37,571 nucleotides of DNA from an uncultured Collinsella sp. (GTDB taxonomy: Bacteria > Actinomycetota > Coriobacteriia > Coriobacteriales > Coriobacteriaceae), in the NCBI GenBank assembly GCA_900553475.1, contig USEF01000001.1, forward strand, positions 1-37,571. The letters run 5' to 3'. Positions 35,037 through 37,571 of this stretch are shown piece after piece; position 1 is the stretch's first letter, and every line of letters begins with the position of its first letter. The notes under the pieces were generated by a model. It did no database searches. It saw only the letters and a list, made by a program, of their open reading frames with translations, and had not been told where the DNA came from. The translations under genes and the position numbers were made by a program.

Positions 35037-35861
35037 ATGACCGCGCCGTCTGATTTCAATTCGATTCCTGAGCTCGATGCCACGCTCGTTTTCCGCGTGG
35101 CCTACGATGGCTCGTCCTATAGCGGCTTTGCCGAGCAGCCTGGCCAGACGACGGTTGCGGGCGAGCTGCGCCGCGCTATCGAGACGCTCCTGCGCCGTCC
35201 GATCGACCTGACGTGCGCAGGGCGCACCGATGCCGGCGTGCATGCGGTGGCGCAGTACATTAGTGTGCCCGTAACGGACGCTGAGCTTGTCTTGACGCGC
35301 CGTAGGTGGCTGAGGGCCATGGATGCCCTGCTGCCCAAAGATATCGCCATAAACGAGGTCTACAGGGCCCGTAAAGGCTTTTCTGCACGTTTTGACGCGC
35401 GTTCCCGTACGTATACGTACCGTATTGCCGATCGAGATGCGCGCCCCGTGCTGTCCCGCGGTGCCGTGTGGTGGCATCGCTATCCCTTGGATGTTGAGGC
35501 TATGTCTGCTGCCTGCCCCGCGCTGCTGGGCGAACAGGACTTTAAAAGCTTTTGCAAGGTTGCCTCGGCCGTTGGCAAGCCCACGCATCGCTGCGTGATG
35601 CGTGCCGAGTTTGGCCATGAGATTGCGTTTGGCGAGGACATCCTGACGTTTACCATCGAGGGCAATGCGTTCCTGCATTCGATGGTCCGTACGATCGTGG
35701 GCACGCTTGTCGAGATTGGCATGCATCGCCGTGAACCCGAGTGGATGCGTGAGGTCATCGATGCTTGCGACCGTACCGCTGCGGGCCCCACGGCTCCTGC
35801 CTGCGGCCTTACGTTTATGGGCGTGGATTACGATCCCGCCGAGCTCGTCGTGCTCGACTAG
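35037..35861 (+). CDS. truA: tRNA pseudouridine(38-40) synthase
   Basis: VAYDGSSYSG, AGRTDAGVHA, FSARFDA..RTY.Y, GNAFLHSMVRTIVG, TAPACGL. Confidence 0.96.
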   Translation: MTAPSDFNSIPELDATLVFRVAYDGSSYSGFAEQPGQTTVAGELRRAIETLLRRPIDLTCAGRTDAGVHAVAQYISVPVTDAELVLTRRRWLRAMDALLPKDIAINEVYRARKGFSARFDARSRTYTYRIADRDARPVLSRGAVWWHRYPLDVEAMSAACPALLGEQDFKSFCKVASAVGKPTHRCVMRAEFGHEIAFGEDILTFTIEGNAFLHSMVRTIVGTLVEIGMHRREPEWMREVIDACDRTAAGPTAPACGLTFMGVDYDPAELVVLD

Positions 35862-36013
35862 GGGAGGGCTCGACGCGTCGTGCGTCGACACCCGTCATCT
35901 GTGGGCTGCGCGTGTTCAACATCTGTTCTTGGCGTGCAATACAACCGGTGTCTCACTGCTTTTATTGCTGGGGTGTACCATGAACCACGGTTTGATTCAT
36001 TGCTGTCGAGAGG

Positions 36014-37063
36014 ATGGATAACTTGGTTCGACGTGGCTCGCATCCGCGACTTTCGGTGATCCTTGTGGTAGAAGGTTCGCCCAGCTATGCGATGCGTGCG
36101 CTCGAGAGTATCCAGAACCAAGACCTCTACGATTTGCAGATTGTTGTTGTCTGCCGCGATGCTGCGCCCGGTGTGCGCCATTCGCTTCAAGTTGCTGCCG
36201 ACAGGGACATCCATATTGATTTGATTGACGTCGAGGACGCGAAGCGCGGTGCTTGTCTTCGTGCCGGTTTTGCTGCCTCGCGTGGCTCTCAAATCATCGC
36301 TATGAACGCCGATGAGTGGTTAGCTCCGCAGTCCCTTTCCAAGATGGTCGATATCGCGTGCGACACTGCGGCAGACATAGTGTTCCCCACGGTGTCGCTC
36401 GACCGCTATGATGCACATCGAGAGCGCCATTCGCGCGTCTTGAATGTTGCCCCTATTGTCATTGAAGACAAGTCTTCGATGGTGAGCGGGCTGTCCCAGT
36501 TGATTTTAGGCGGCCTAGTCGCTCAGACCTCTGGCGTGATGTACAGCCGCTCGCTGTTTGAGGCATGCCTTTTGTGCGACAAGGTGTTTCGCACAGTTGG
36601 GTTTATGGCGTGCGCGCTCTCGCGGGCGCAGTGCGTCTCCGGCTGCGGCGACGCTTGTTTCCACGCCGCGGCACCTAAGCTTACAGATGCCTTTGATCCC
36701 ACCATGTATGCCAAGGTATCCGATGACATCCGAGCACTCGACGAGCTTGCGGACTCACTCTCGGAAGCAGATAGCGGTGGTCGGCTCAAGCTGGCAAGCC
36801 AAAAGTTCTACTTTGCCGGACTGGTCGCCTGCATCGAGAATTTGTGCCTGAGCCCGCATGGGTTGTCGTCAATCGAGCGTTCCGCCCGCATGCGTGATAT
36901 GCTCGATGCGCCTCGAACCCGTCAGATGGTCGCCGCGCTCAAGGACAACCATCGGGGACTGGGTCTGTTGTTTGGGCCGATTGCCAGCGCCAAGCCCGCG
37001 CGCTGCGTGATGTGTACGCATCTGGCAGCTTTTCTTAACCGGACGGGCGCAAAAACCGCCTAA
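36014..37063 (+). CDS. Glycosyltransferase family 2-like protein (degenerate motifs)
   Basis: N-terminal PRLSVILVV...RALESIQNQ...LQIVVV...GFAASRG..I..MNADEWL resembles GT-A/GT2, but the usual DD/DxD residues are altered. Confidence 0.6.
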   Translation: MDNLVRRGSHPRLSVILVVEGSPSYAMRALESIQNQDLYDLQIVVVCRDAAPGVRHSLQVAADRDIHIDLIDVEDAKRGACLRAGFAASRGSQIIAMNADEWLAPQSLSKMVDIACDTAADIVFPTVSLDRYDAHRERHSRVLNVAPIVIEDKSSMVSGLSQLILGGLVAQTSGVMYSRSLFEACLLCDKVFRTVGFMACALSRAQCVSGCGDACFHAAAPKLTDAFDPTMYAKVSDDIRALDELADSLSEADSGGRLKLASQKFYFAGLVACIENLCLSPHGLSSIERSARMRDMLDAPRTRQMVAALKDNHRGLGLLFGPIASAKPARCVMCTHLAAFLNRTGAKTA

Positions 37064-37085
37064 ACGGCTCATTACGAAACAAACT

Positions 37086-37119
37086 TGCATAGAATTGTTT
37101 CGAAATGCGTTCTTATACA
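37086..37119. promoter_or_regulatory. Tandem ARG box-like sites upstream of argR
   Basis: TGCAT-agaa-TTGTT (37086) and TGCGT-tctt-ATACA (37106), 20 bp apart, versus TGCAT-N4-ATGCA. Confidence 0.35.
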
Positions 37120-37195
37120 CAAAAGCCTTCAAATAGCGTTAAACTATTCAATCACTGATTGATTGTCTCCGCCATCTTTTGGAGAGAGGGTTTGT

Positions 37196-37571
37196 ATGGC
37201 TAAAAAACGCAATGGGCGCCAGGATGCCATTAGAGATATTGTGCGCAATAAGGACGTCCGTACGCAGCGCGTGCTGGTCGATGAGCTCCGTGCTATGGGC
37301 TTTGATTGCACGCAGGCGACTGTCTCTCGCGATATTGCCGATATGGGGCTGCGTAAGCTCCCTGAGGGCATCTATGTTCTGGCAGAGGACCTGCACCTGC
37401 AGCGTATGGTTTCCGAGCTCGTTACGGGCGTTCTGCGTACCGATAATCTGGTTATGATCAAGGCTCAGCCTGGCACGGCTTCCGGCATCGCCGCCGCCGT
37501 TGATGCGGGCGAGGAGGCTATCGACGCCGCTGCCAAGACTGGCGTGAATGGCGCTCTGGATGGTGCCAAGG
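37196..37571 (+). CDS. argR: Arginine repressor, partial (runs off the window; last ~20 codons atypical)
   Basis: Translated by hand: MAKKRNGRQDAIRDIV...TQRVLVDELRAMGFDCTQATVSRDIADMGLRK...NLVMIKAQPGTASGIAAAVDA. TQATVSRD is diagnostic. Confidence 0.9.
   Translation, partial: MAKKRNGRQDAIRDIVRNKDVRTQRVLVDELRAMGFDCTQATVSRDIADMGLRKLPEGIYVLAEDLHLQRMVSELVTGVLRTDNLVMIKAQPGTASGIAAAVDAGEEAIDAAAKTGVNGALDGAK

Overview
High-GC bacterial chromosomal window. Codon style and protein sequences suggest an anaerobic gut actinobacterium of the Coriobacteriia/Collinsella type (inference). Left 25 kb: a selenium-dependent molybdenum hydroxylase / anaerobic purine (urate) catabolism locus in two blocks, each next to a divergent YheO-family (PAS+HTH) regulator. 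Block 1 is NCS2 permease-ssnA-ygfK-polyferredoxin-xdh. Block 2 is dpaL(ygeX)-ygeY-ygeW-MocA-like-hydA-yqeC/yqeB-XdhC-like. A ~4.4 kb accessory segment (10311-14795) separates them and holds the most unusual signals: an AAA+/DUF4143 ATPase-nuclease preceded by five exactly 23-bp-phased repeats; an unannotated candidate type I toxin-antitoxin module (41-aa hydrophobic peptide, convergent ~85-nt antisense RNA, anti-SD hairpin, 5'-3' fold-back, LexA-like box); a DEDDh exonuclease broken by one in-frame TGA; and an orphan 33-bp-phased repeat. Right 12 kb: spc/alpha ribosomal protein genes that start at rplE with no rplN/rplX upstream, then truA, a glycosyltransferase-like gene and a partial argR. 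All calls come from reading motifs by eye; no searches were run.
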